From an uncultured bacterium (GTDB lineage: Bacteria; Myxococcota_A; CAZTSL01): a stretch of 60,518 nucleotides of DNA. Position numbers and translations under genes: made by a program. The notes beneath the pieces are model-generated. The model saw only the letters and a program-made list of their open reading frames with translations, was not told the DNA's origin and made no database searches. The stretch covers positions 1 through 60,518 of the forward strand of contig CAZTSL010000009.1 in assembly GCA_964616915.1 (NCBI GenBank). The letters are read 5' to 3'. Below are positions 17,375 through 26,325 of this stretch, in pieces. The first letter of the stretch is position 1, and the number at the start of each line of letters is the position of its first letter.

Positions 17375-17840
17375 GTTCGTAGATCGGGTAATTCTTCTCC
17401 GCCTTCGCCTTCTTACCCGCTTCGGTGAGTTCGAATTTCTTCCCGTGACACGCCGTGCATGGCTTCCCGTGCTCCATGGCCCAGGCGATCATGACCTCGG
17501 CGATCTTCCCCTTCTCGGTGTAGTTGAGTTTCTCGGCACCCTTGGGGGTCTTCGCGTGGCAGAAGTCACAGGTGACGGCATGGGTGACGGAGAGTTCCAT
17601 CATCCATCGGGCCTCCTCCGCCTTGCCGTGCTGGTTCTTCGAGAAATCCTTCGACTTCTTGAGATCGTGACAGGCCGTGCACTTGTAGCCCAGGAGCTTG
17701 GAGATCCGGCGCATCTCCTTTTGTTTCTCCCGCTTCGTTCCCTGGAGGTAGCCGGTCGAATCGGCCCAAAGGGGGGAGGGAACGAAGAAGAGTGTGAGCG
17801 CGAGCGAGAGCCAGAGACCCAAACGAGCATCTCTTTGCAT
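17352..17840 (-). CDS. Periplasmic triheme c-type cytochrome
   Basis: Three CxxCH haem-binding motifs (CTACH, CDFCH, CTACH). Signal peptide MQRDARLGLWLSLALTLFFVPSPLWA. GAAGGAGGA RBS. Confidence 0.85.
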   Translation of the reverse strand: MQRDARLGLWLSLALTLFFVPSPLWADSTGYLQGTKREKQKEMRRISKLLGYKCTACHDLKKSKDFSKNQHGKAEEARWMMELSVTHAVTCDFCHAKTPKGAEKLNYTEKGKIAEVMIAWAMEHGKPCTACHGKKFELTEAGKKAKAEKNYPIYEPTHPAAE

Positions 17841-18073
17841 CCAGATCCTCCTTCTCTGTTGGAGGGTTCAGAAGGTCGGTCCATGGGGTCGAATGAAGCC
17901 AAGTATATCGCCCCGAGCGGGAAGAGGCAAGATCGGGTGCACCACCGATCACAGCGGAGGGGATCCTTGGAGCGCCACGAGCGATTCCGAAGAGGAGGGG
18001 AGAGATCGAATGCACTGCAGATCGCGCCGGAGAGGCGGGGAGAAGGCCCCTCCGAGAGAGAAGGGAAACCGCG

Positions 18074-21000
18074 ATGACGATGATCTGGTCCCCCGTCAAG
18101 GAGGAGGTCTTCCGCTTCGCGCAAAACTTCTGCGTCTCGGCGGGCGCCGGTTCGGGGAAGACCGCGGTCCTCGTCGAACTCTACCTGCGCTTCCTCGAGG
18201 AGACGCTGAAAGGGGAGGCGCGCGACATCCCCCCCACCGGAGAGGAGGGGACAAAGACGCGTCCCTGTCGCGTCCTCGACATCGTGGCGATCACGTTCAC
18301 GGAGAAGGCCGCCGCCGAGATGAAACAGCGGCTCCGGGAGGCGATCGATCAGGAGCTACGCGACTCGGCCGCAAGGGGGGACGAAGCAGCCTGCCGTTTC
18401 TGGAAGGAACAGAAGAACGACTTCTCGCTCGCCTTCATCAGCACCTTCCACAGCTTCTGCCGCCGGATCCTGCGCGAGTATCCCGTGGAAGCGGGGGTCG
18501 ATCCCACCTTCTCCGTCCTGGCCGAGGAGGATGCCCTCGCCCTGCAACGGGAGATCGTCGAAGCGGTGGTGCTCGAAGCGCTCGACGGCGCGATCACCGA
18601 TCCCGACATGCCCCTGGGCCGTCTCGTTCGGACCTTCGGCCTGCGGGGTTTCGCCTTCCGGGAGGGGCTCTTCGAACGCCTCCTCAGCGTGATGAACCGG
18701 ATCGTGAACGCCGGTTTCACGATCGAGGAGGTCGTCGCCCGGCACGCCGCCAAACCTCCCCCCGGGGGGGGGGCGACGAAGGAACAGCTCCTTACAGCGT
18801 TCCGCTCCCTCGTCGCGGCCCTCCTCGAAGCACGTGACGATCCCAAAGGGAGCAAGGCGATCCGCAAGCGGATCGAACCGGCGTGTGCCTGCCTCGAGCG
18901 GATCGAACGGGCGGGGCTCACGGCGAGAGGGGTCGAGGAGATCCGTTCCTTCACCGCCAGGAACTGGGGAACGGGACGGATCGGAAGAGCGCGCCGGGAA
19001 GTGAAGGAACTCGCCGAGCGCTGGCAGGTGGAAGAGGCCCGACGACGTGCCCACGAAACGGCCTCGCTGCTCCTTTCGCTCCTGGCAACGATCGCGGAAC
19101 GATACGAAGCCGCCAAGCTGGAGATCGGCAAACTCGACTTCAACGACCTGCAACGCAAGGCACGCGATCTGCTCCGGGATCATCCCGACGTACGAAACGA
19201 CTATAAACGGCGTTTCTCCCGGATCATGGTCGATGAGTTCCAGGATACGAACGCGCTGCAAAAGGAAATCGTCTACCATCTCGCCGAAGATCCCGGAACG
19301 TGCGCGACATTCGCGCCGGGGGAGCGGGATACTTCGAAGATTCGTCTGGCACGCCGGAAGCTCTTTCTCGTGGGGGATCCGAAGCAGTCGATCTATGGCT
19401 TCCGGGGTGCGGACGTCTCCGTCTTCAAGGATGTGATGGCGGAAATGGCGCGTACCGGTCTGGGAAAGGTCGTCTACTTCGAGGAGAACTTTCGCTCACA
19501 GCCCGCGATTCTCGAGTTCGTCAATGCGTTCTTCGGATGGTGCATGGGCACGGAGCCGGAGTACGACTTCGAGGTGGGGTTCGGTCCGGAGGATCGCCTG
19601 ACGCCCCATCGGAAAGCCGCTGCTGCGGGCCCCTGCGTGGAGTTGCTCGACCTCTCGTCGGTGGATGGAGCGGATGAAGAGGGGGCGGCATCGAAACCTG
19701 CCGCGGAACGGCGCAAGGTGGAGGCCGAGGCGATCGGCCGGCGGATCCTCGCGCTCGTCAACGGTCCTGCGATCCTCCCGGTGGGGGGGGGAAAGGAGCG
19801 CAGAACACCCCGTTTCGAGGATATCGCGATCCTCTTCCGGCGTTTCACGAAGGTCAAGACCTACGAACAGGCCTTCCGGCGGCTTCAGATTCCGTACTAT
19901 GCGGTGAAGGGGAGTGGTTTCTTCCAGTGCCAGGAGATCTACGATATCCTCAACTTCCTCGAGTTCATCCGTCATCCGGGGGATGCGGTGGCCCTGGCCG
20001 GGGTATTGCGATCTCCCCTCGTCGGGGTTTCGGACGAGACGCTCTTCTGGCTCACCCATCCTTGCGGTGGGGGAACGATTCCGCTCTGCGAGCCCTTCCT
20101 CGTGGATGGGGACGATCCGCGTGCCTTTGGCCGGCACCCTTCGATCGAACCGGCGGACCGCGAGCGGCTCGAGGCCTTCCACCGCTTCTGGCGCCGATGC
20201 CGCCGGATCAAGGATGCCCTCCCCCTGGCGGAACTGATCGAGGCGATCATCGAGGAGACGGGGTTGACCGCCACGCTTCTGACGACCTTCCAGGGGGAGC
20301 AGCGGGTGGCCAACCTGCGAAAACTGATCGAGATGGCCCGGGAGTTCGAATCGGTCCGGACGAACGGTTTCGTCGAGTTCGTCCAGGAACTCGAACGGCG
20401 CATCGAAGAGAAGCCCCGAGAGGCGGAGGCCCAGGTGCATAGCGAGGTCTCGGGTGTCGTGCGGCTCATGACGATCCATCAGGCCAAAGGGCTCGAATTC
20501 CCGATCGTCTTCCTCCCCGACATCGGCCAGCCGATCGGCAAACCGCTCCCCACCCTCCTCTTCGACGAAAAAGGGGAACTCGTCGTGACCCGTATCGAGG
20601 TGGGGGGCAGGCAGATCCCCCTGGCCAAGGAACTCGAAGCGAAGGAGAAGAAGCGAGAGGCGGCGGAATCGAAGCGGATCTTCTACGTGGCCGCCACGCG
20701 GGCCCGGGATCTCCTCGTGCTCAGCGGCGAACGGCAGCACCCCCGCGCGGAGAGCTGGCGCAAATGGCTCGATACGTTTCTCGAAGAGGAAGAGGCCCTC
20801 GTGGTACGCCGGCGCCTTTCTCCCCTCGTGCCCCCCGAGCCGAGACCGGTGCTCTACGACGCGATTCCGGAAATCCGCGAATACCGGAAGATTCCGATCG
20901 AGCGACTCTTCGTGGCGCCGGAGGACCCGCAAAAGTTCCAGGTGGCGGCCAAGCAGGCGGAGCAGGTGTTGCGAAACGCCCTGTACACGGTTTCGCCTCC

Positions 21001-21889
21001 GGCTTCGGCGGTGACGGTGACGGTGACGGCGCTCAACGACTACCTCAACTGCCCGCGCCGCTTCTACTACGTCCATCGCACCGGAATCCCGGAACGTCCC
21101 CGGAAGATTCGCGCCTTTCAGTTCCGCGAGGCGCCCGATCCCACCCTCCTGGAGGAGGAGCGGCTCGATCCGCAGGAACAGGGGACACTGGCACATGCGA
21201 TTCTCGAGAAGATCGATCTTGCCACGAATGATCCCTCGGCGGCGATCGACGAGTTGCTCCGCGGTCATGGCTACGCTCTCCACCATCCCGACATCCGTGA
21301 GATCAAGCGCAACGTCCTGGCCTTCCTGGCCAGCGATCTGGGGCGGCGATTGCGCACCCTCCCCTCGGTGCGGCGGGAGATGCCCTTCCTCCTCTCCTTT
21401 TCCGACCCGAGCACCGCGATCCGCATCTTCATCAAGGGGGTGATCGATATCCTCTACTTCGATGGCCGGGCCTTCACCGTCCTCGACTACAAACACACGA
21501 CGGCGGGGGAGGGCAACGAACGGGTCGAGATCTATCGCCCGCAGCTCTGGCTCTACGCACTGGCCATCTCGAAGTGGCAAAGGGAAACGCCGATCCAGGC
21601 CCGGGTGAAGTTCCTCAAGGACCGCCAAACGCCACCCGTCGATATCACACCCAGTCCCGAGGAACTCGCCGCCTTCGAACGCCGGATCCTCTCGGTCGTC
21701 AAAGAGATCGGATGGATCGACCGGCAGAGCCGATATCGCCCGAAACCGGCGCAAGAGAACGAAACCGGATGGCGCAAGGTCTCCCCCGAGCAGTGTATCC
21801 GCCTCGAATGCGGCTTCTTCTCCCGGTGTCATGGAGGGCAGAAGGATACGGCCCGCGAGGAGAGGCAAGAGGCGGAAGGGGGGAAGTGA
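18074..21889 (+). CDS. UvrD/AddA-type superfamily-1 helicase fused to a PD-(D/E)XK nuclease with putative Fe-S cysteines
   Basis: Walker A in VSAGAGSGKTAVLVE. UvrD-type motifs MVDEFQDTN, LVGDPKQSIYGFRGA, TIHQAKGLEF and VAATRAR. C-terminal nuclease core VIDILYFDGRAFTVLDYK ... YRPQLWLYALA. One Cys lies before the core (LNCPRRFYY) and three at the extreme C-terminus (CIRLECGFFSRC). Confidence 0.9.
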   Translation: MTMIWSPVKEEVFRFAQNFCVSAGAGSGKTAVLVELYLRFLEETLKGEARDIPPTGEEGTKTRPCRVLDIVAITFTEKAAAEMKQRLREAIDQELRDSAARGDEAACRFWKEQKNDFSLAFISTFHSFCRRILREYPVEAGVDPTFSVLAEEDALALQREIVEAVVLEALDGAITDPDMPLGRLVRTFGLRGFAFREGLFERLLSVMNRIVNAGFTIEEVVARHAAKPPPGGGATKEQLLTAFRSLVAALLEARDDPKGSKAIRKRIEPACACLERIERAGLTARGVEEIRSFTARNWGTGRIGRARREVKELAERWQVEEARRRAHETASLLLSLLATIAERYEAAKLEIGKLDFNDLQRKARDLLRDHPDVRNDYKRRFSRIMVDEFQDTNALQKEIVYHLAEDPGTCATFAPGERDTSKIRLARRKLFLVGDPKQSIYGFRGADVSVFKDVMAEMARTGLGKVVYFEENFRSQPAILEFVNAFFGWCMGTEPEYDFEVGFGPEDRLTPHRKAAAAGPCVELLDLSSVDGADEEGAASKPAAERRKVEAEAIGRRILALVNGPAILPVGGGKERRTPRFEDIAILFRRFTKVKTYEQAFRRLQIPYYAVKGSGFFQCQEIYDILNFLEFIRHPGDAVALAGVLRSPLVGVSDETLFWLTHPCGGGTIPLCEPFLVDGDDPRAFGRHPSIEPADRERLEAFHRFWRRCRRIKDALPLAELIEAIIEETGLTATLLTTFQGEQRVANLRKLIEMAREFESVRTNGFVEFVQELERRIEEKPREAEAQVHSEVSGVVRLMTIHQAKGLEFPIVFLPDIGQPIGKPLPTLLFDEKGELVVTRIEVGGRQIPLAKELEAKEKKREAAESKRIFYVAATRARDLLVLSGERQHPRAESWRKWLDTFLEEEEALVVRRRLSPLVPPEPRPVLYDAIPEIREYRKIPIERLFVAPEDPQKFQVAAKQAEQVLRNALYTVSPPASAVTVTVTALNDYLNCPRRFYYVHRTGIPERPRKIRAFQFREAPDPTLLEEERLDPQEQGTLAHAILEKIDLATNDPSAAIDELLRGHGYALHHPDIREIKRNVLAFLASDLGRRLRTLPSVRREMPFLLSFSDPSTAIRIFIKGVIDILYFDGRAFTVLDYKHTTAGEGNERVEIYRPQLWLYALAISKWQRETPIQARVKFLKDRQTPPVDITPSPEELAAFERRILSVVKEIGWIDRQSRYRPKPAQENETGWRKVSPEQCIRLECGFFSRCHGGQKDTAREERQEAEGGK

Positions 21890-21925
21890 AAGGGGGAGGG
21901 GGAGCCACGGCGAGGAGAGCTGCGT

Positions 21926-22267
21926 TCACCGAGAATGCTCGGCCGCCAGATGGGCGCTGGCGGTGCTGAGATATTTCCCGATGCGTTCCACTTCCACGGC
22001 GCCGATTTCAGCCTCGTCCTGCATCTTGGCCACGAGGTCCGGCCACGCTTCGGGAGGGTACTCATCCGGGCGGTGAAGATTGTGGCACCCCGCACACTTG
22101 CGCACGTAGAGCGCCCGCCCACGCTCCAGTTCCTCCCGGGTGATCTCCGGCCACCGTTGGCGTGCCCAACGCACGTCCTCGTCGGTCGGATGCACGAGCA
22201 CCGTCGCGCAACCTGTGACGAGGAGGACGAGAAGGAGGAGCGTCCATCGTTTCCGGTATCGTTCCAT
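21926..22267 (-). CDS. Small monoheme cytochrome c-like lipoprotein
   Basis: ATG 22267 follows GGAGGA. Lipobox-like LLLVLLVTGC. Single CAGCH motif. The track ORF (161 aa) has an unlikely N-terminal extension. Confidence 0.6.
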   Translation of the reverse strand: MERYRKRWTLLLLVLLVTGCATVLVHPTDEDVRWARQRWPEITREELERGRALYVRKCAGCHNLHRPDEYPPEAWPDLVAKMQDEAEIGAVEVERIGKYLSTASAHLAAEHSR

Positions 22268-22284
22268 GCCGCCATCCTCCCCCA

Positions 22285-23193
22285 TCAGAGGTGAAAGCCG
22301 AGGATCAGCCGTGCGTTGATCCGTTCGTGTTCGTCGAGGATGTACGTGGAGCCGCTCTCGTTCTTCTTGAGCGCGGGAAGCTGCGGGAGCACGGTCAACG
22401 TGGCCCACCAATCGCTCGTCGCGTAGCTGACGGCCGGCCCCGCGAAGAGCGCGGAGTGCTCGAAGCCCTCCCCCGAGGGAAACTCGTTGTGATTGCGCAC
22501 TTCGATGCCAGCGGAAAAGGCCGGTGTCACGAAATAGGTGACCCCCAGATCGAACTCACCGGCGATTTCCCGCTCGGTCTCCCCCTGCTCCTCGAACGCC
22601 CACTCATGCTCGAAGACGGCGTTGAACGCGGTGTAGAGATCGCCGATCCGCTTGTCGAGGATCAGTTTGGCTTCGATCTCCGCCTCACCCGGCGCAATGC
22701 CTGGCTCGAAGTAGAGGCCGACCCCGATGGGATCCGCCACAGGGTCCAGAACCTTGAATTTCCACTCCCACGAGACGCCGTCCCACTCGAACTCGGTGAC
22801 GCGGTCCATCCCCTCGTCCTGGGAGATCGCCTTGAAGTTGAAATACCAGGCGGTCTGCAGGCGGTCGGTGAGGCCCACCTCGAATTCGAGACGGTGGTCC
22901 ATCCGATTGTAGAAGCCGTCCCGGTCCACCCGGAACGTGGTCCAGGGTTCGAACTCGACCGCGCCGGCGTTCACGACATCCGAACCATAGGTGTACGTGA
23001 ACCGACGCTCGCTCGCCTCTGCGCGGCTCCCATGAAACGAGACGATCGCCAGCAAAACGATCGCGCAGCTTGCCGTCCAAGTCCTGCGAATCCGTTCCCT
23101 CTTCCCTCTGCACGCCACGGAATTCGGGATTCCCAGATCCCTCCTTCCCCAACGGATGGATGCCGCGGCCTTCGAATGCTTCTCAACGTCCAT
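22285..23193 (-). CDS. Putative outer-membrane beta-barrel protein (function unknown)
   Basis: ATG 23193 follows AAGGAGG. Hydrophobic signal-like segment CAIVLLAIVSFHGSRAEA. The remainder shows an alternating-hydrophobicity, aromatic-rich pattern ending ...INARLILGFHL. No family recognised. Lies 17 nt upstream of the cytochrome lipoprotein gene. Confidence 0.5.
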   Translation of the reverse strand: MDVEKHSKAAASIRWGRRDLGIPNSVACRGKRERIRRTWTASCAIVLLAIVSFHGSRAEASERRFTYTYGSDVVNAGAVEFEPWTTFRVDRDGFYNRMDHRLEFEVGLTDRLQTAWYFNFKAISQDEGMDRVTEFEWDGVSWEWKFKVLDPVADPIGVGLYFEPGIAPGEAEIEAKLILDKRIGDLYTAFNAVFEHEWAFEEQGETEREIAGEFDLGVTYFVTPAFSAGIEVRNHNEFPSGEGFEHSALFAGPAVSYATSDWWATLTVLPQLPALKKNESGSTYILDEHERINARLILGFHL

Positions 23194-23284
23194 GCTTCCC
23201 TCCTTGGCCTGTCGCCAAAGTTCGTGTTTCTCGAGACTCCGATCCCAGCTCGAATGGGAGCGGTTTCTGGTTGTTTCCATTGAT

Positions 23285-23307
23285 GAAAATGAAAATCATT
23301 TTCATTT
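23285..23307. promoter_or_regulatory. Fur-box-like palindrome
   Basis: GAAAATGAAAATCATTTTC (23285-23303) matches the classical 19-bp Fur box GATAATGATAATCATTATC at 16 of 19 positions. It is part of a perfect 21-bp palindrome AAATGAAAAT-C-ATTTTCATTT (23287-23307). This is a striking AT-rich element in a GC-rich background. It lies about 95 nt upstream of the OMP start. Confidence 0.55.
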
Positions 23308-23475
23308 GAGAAAGGCAATCTATCATCGGTTCGGAGGGATGTCAAGTCGATTTTCTCCTTTGGCTCATGGGGCAATTCTGATGACCGACGAATGGGTTGG
23401 AATCCGTGATCGGTGGAGCTGCCTGTCGGGCGGGTTCCGCCACAGATCCCCCGGAGCAACCGATCACCCAGCCAT

Positions 23476-23509
23476 TTGGCTCAATGAGCCGAACTTTCTT
23501 TGTTTTTTT
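23476..23509 (+). terminator. Possible intrinsic terminator (short hairpin plus U-tract)
   Basis: TTGGCTC-AAT-GAGCCGA forms a 7-bp stem with one G-U pair (23476-23492). It is followed by ACTTTCTTTGTTTTTTT (to 23509). The stem is short, so confidence is low. Confidence 0.3.
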
Positions 23510-23550
23510 CCATGGTTACGCTGCCCCCAGCCATTTTCGAGTACGGATAC

Positions 23551-23579
23551 TTGATTCTCTGCATCGAGGATGGTATGAT
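23551..23579 (+). promoter_or_regulatory. Sigma70-like promoter for tRNA-Lys
   Basis: TTGATT (23551-23556), a 17-nt spacer, then TATGAT (23574-23579). It lies about 49 nt upstream of the tRNA 5' end. Confidence 0.5.
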
Positions 23580-23627
23580 GCATCTCCACAGAGGGGGGTA
23601 GAGATCTTCCCTCGTGATATTTCCGCT

Positions 23628-23700
<73 letters not shown>

Positions 23701-23876
23701 TTGTCCCCGTCCTCGATACCTCGACGTGTGCGTTTCCCCATGGAATCCACGAATTCCGGATAGATCCTTCTCACCGAATCCCCCCTCGAAGCATCACGCA
23801 CGCAATCGTTGCGGAAGGGTTTCCCCGCGGGGCACAGGGGAGACTGGGGGAGAGGCGGAGTGCAGCGTCATCCGAA

Positions 23877-23956
23877 GCGAGAGTGGTGGAACCGGCAGAC
23901 ACGCCAGATTTAGGATCTGGTGCTTCGGCGTGGGGGTTCGAGTCCCCCCTCTCGCA
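23877..23956 (+). tRNA. tRNA-Leu (anticodon TAG), class II with long variable arm
   Basis: Acceptor GCGAGAG/CTCTCGC is fully paired. D arm GTG-GAACCGGCAGA-CAC. Anticodon arm CCAGA-TTTAGGA-TCTGG. Variable arm TGCTTCGGCGT. T arm GGGGG-TTCGAGT-CCCCC. Discriminator A. 80 nt. Confidence 0.93.
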
Positions 23957-24166
23957 TCTCTACACGGCTTTCCCGGAGAATCGAAGGTGTCGTTCGGGAA
24001 ACCCGGCCCTTCGAGAGGAAGAGGGCACGATCGAAACGATCGCCATCCCCCAGCACCGCCAGTTCCCCTCGCGCGGAATCGTGACACGCGCAAGCAGGAA
24101 CCGAAATCGAAACCAGCATCTACGAGTGCCACACCGATTGCATGCAAAACAGGAGAGGCTGATTCC

Positions 24167-25541
24167 CGTGGATTTGACATTCAAGATCGAAGATATCAGC
24201 GCATGCGAAAAGCAACTCGAGGTGGAAATCGCGGCCGAAGAGGTCCGTCGGGAATTCGACGAATTCTACCGGAACCTCAAACCAAAGGCCTCGATCCGGG
24301 GATTCCGGAAAGGACGGATCCCGAGAAGCTATCTCGAGAAATTCTTCCGAAACGAGGCGCAAAAAGAGGTCACCGAACACCTCATCGAACATTCGTTCAA
24401 CCAGGTGATCGGAGAGACGAAGCTCCATCTCCTCTTCCACGATGTCGTAGAGATCCCCGAACGCATCTCGCCCGATCGCCCCTTCACCTATCGGCTGAAG
24501 GTCGAGGTCCCCCCTCCGGTCGAACTTCGCCAATACACAGGTTTTCACCTCACCTGCATCTCCGAAGCAGTCACCGAGGAGGATATCGAGCGGGCGATCA
24601 ACAGCCTGCGGGAAAGGAACGCCTCGTTCCATCCCGTCGAGGAGGATCGTCCCGTCGAGAAGGGCGACCTCGTCGTTCTCGACTACAAGGGAAAGATCGA
24701 TGGCGAACCCTTGCGCTGGGGGGAAGCAGACAATCTCGAAGTCGTGGTGGGAGATGGCGTCCTCGATCCTCCGGAACTGGAGGCGAAACTCGTCGGGCTA
24801 CGCCGCGGCGTCCCCACCACCGTCGAGGTGACCCTCCCCCCAGAGGATTACCCCGAAGAACTCGGGGGACGAACCGCCACCTTCGAGGTGGAGATCCACG
24901 AGATCAAAGAGGTGCAGCTCCCCCCCCTCGACGACGAGTTCGCCCAGGAAATAGGAGAAGAAACCGTCGAAGACCTCAAGCGTTATCTGCGGGAAACCCT
25001 CGAGGCCAAACGGAAGCGCAAGAAAGAGGCCGACCTGCGGGCAGCGGCAATAAAGGAACTCGTCAAGGCCAATCCCATCGATCTACCCCCGAAGTTCCTC
25101 GCACGGATCGTCGAAGAGGAAAAAGAGCGGATGCGCCGGATGCTCTCCTATCTGAGCGGTGGACACGACACCGATCCTGTCGGGTTCGAGGAAGTCTTCG
25201 GTGATGAGATCGAAGCACGCAAAGAGAAAGTCACCCTGGAGGTCGCCGCCAACTTCCTCACCAAAGCCATCGCCGAAGCAGAAGGCATCGAGGTGAGCGA
25301 CGAGGAGTTCGACGCCTATGTCTCCGAAATGGCAAAGGACTCTCACCGCCCCAAAGAACTCGTGATGCGGCAGATCGAAGAAAGAAGGGAACGGGAGGAG
25401 GTCCTCCATCAGATCCGTCACCGGAAAGTCCTCGATTTCATCGTGGAACACTCCCATATCGAGGAGAAGGAGCCGGAGCCGGAACCGGAACCGGAGATAG
25501 ACCCGGAGCCCGAGGAACCCTCCCGGATCATCCTTCCGTGA
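24167..25541 (+). CDS. tig: Trigger factor
   Basis: N-terminus (GTG start) DLTFKIEDISACEKQLEVEIAAEEVRREFDEFYRNLKPKASIRGFRKGRIPRSYLEKFF carries the trigger-factor signature GFRKGK/RxP. An FKBP-like middle region is present. AGGAGA RBS precedes GTG 24167. The gene lies upstream of clpP. The track ORF start (23883) overlaps tRNA-Leu and is a run-on. Confidence 0.9.
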
Positions 25542-25646
25542 AGGTGCCCGGGGACCCTACCCGAGGGACGCCGAACGAAAACCCCTTGGAGAGCGTCCCC
25601 CCTCGACGACACGCCTGCAGTATCGCCAAACGCAAGGAGAGCAATC

Positions 25647-26270
25647 ATGCGGGACATTTGGAGCTACTGGCCCACCGTCATCGAACAGACCCATCGCGGA
25701 GAACGGGCGTGGGATGTCTTGTCCCGGCTCCTCAAGGACCGGATCATCTTCATCGGTTGGCCGATCGATGACAACGTCGCCACTTCGGTGGTCGGCCAGA
25801 TCCTGATTCTCGAGTCGGAGGATCCCGAAAAGGAGATCCACCTCTACATCAACTCTCCCGGTGGATCGGTCACGGCCGGCCTGGCGATCTACGATACGAT
25901 GCAGTTCGTCAAGCCACCGATCTCCACGCTCTGCCTCGGTCAGGCCGCAAGCATGGGCGCACTCCTGCTGGCAGCAGGCGCACCCGGGAAGCGCTATGCC
26001 CTCCCCTACTCCCGCATCATGATCCACCAGCCCCTTGGCGGCGCCCATGGACCTGCCTCCGATATCGACATCCAGGCCAAGGAGATCCTGCGGATGCGGG
26101 AGCAGCTCAACGGCATCCTCCAGCGTCACACCGGACAGCCCCTCGAAAAGATCCAGCACGACACGGAACGGGACTTCTACATGACACCCCAGGATGCCAA
26201 GGAATACGGCATCATCGATGAGGTCATGACGAAGGATCTGTTGCGCGACAAGGAGAAGACCTCCCGGTAA
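25647..26270 (+). CDS. clpP: ATP-dependent Clp protease proteolytic subunit
   Basis: [27 protein letters not shown] ... [20 protein letters not shown] ... [16 protein letters not shown] ... IMIHQPLGG. These are canonical ClpP blocks, including the catalytic Ser context GQAASMG. Confidence 0.95.
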   Translation: MRDIWSYWPTVIEQTHRGERAWDVLSRLLKDRIIFIGWPIDDNVATSVVGQILILESEDPEKEIHLYINSPGGSVTAGLAIYDTMQFVKPPISTLCLGQAASMGALLLAAGAPGKRYALPYSRIMIHQPLGGAHGPASDIDIQAKEILRMREQLNGILQRHTGQPLEKIQHDTERDFYMTPQDAKEYGIIDEVMTKDLLRDKEKTSR

Positions 26271-26325
26271 GGGAACCCCGGATTTTCCTTCCGCCTGCCC
26301 CCGGGCGCAGCGGGGAGACGCCGCC

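Noticed and set aside
17850-17880. LexA/SOS-box-like CTGTTGGAGGGTTCAG upstream of the helicase-nuclease gene.
   Set aside because: It does not fit CTGT-N8-ACAG, and it has four to five mismatches to the deltaproteobacterial-type consensus I remember. The GGAGG within it is the RBS of the divergent cytochrome gene.
23495-23509. The T-rich tract considered as an UP element of the tRNA-Lys promoter.
   Set aside because: It lies about 45-55 nt upstream of the -35 hexamer, too far for a canonical UP element (-40 to -60 relative to the transcription start). The terminator interpretation fits better, though it remains weak.
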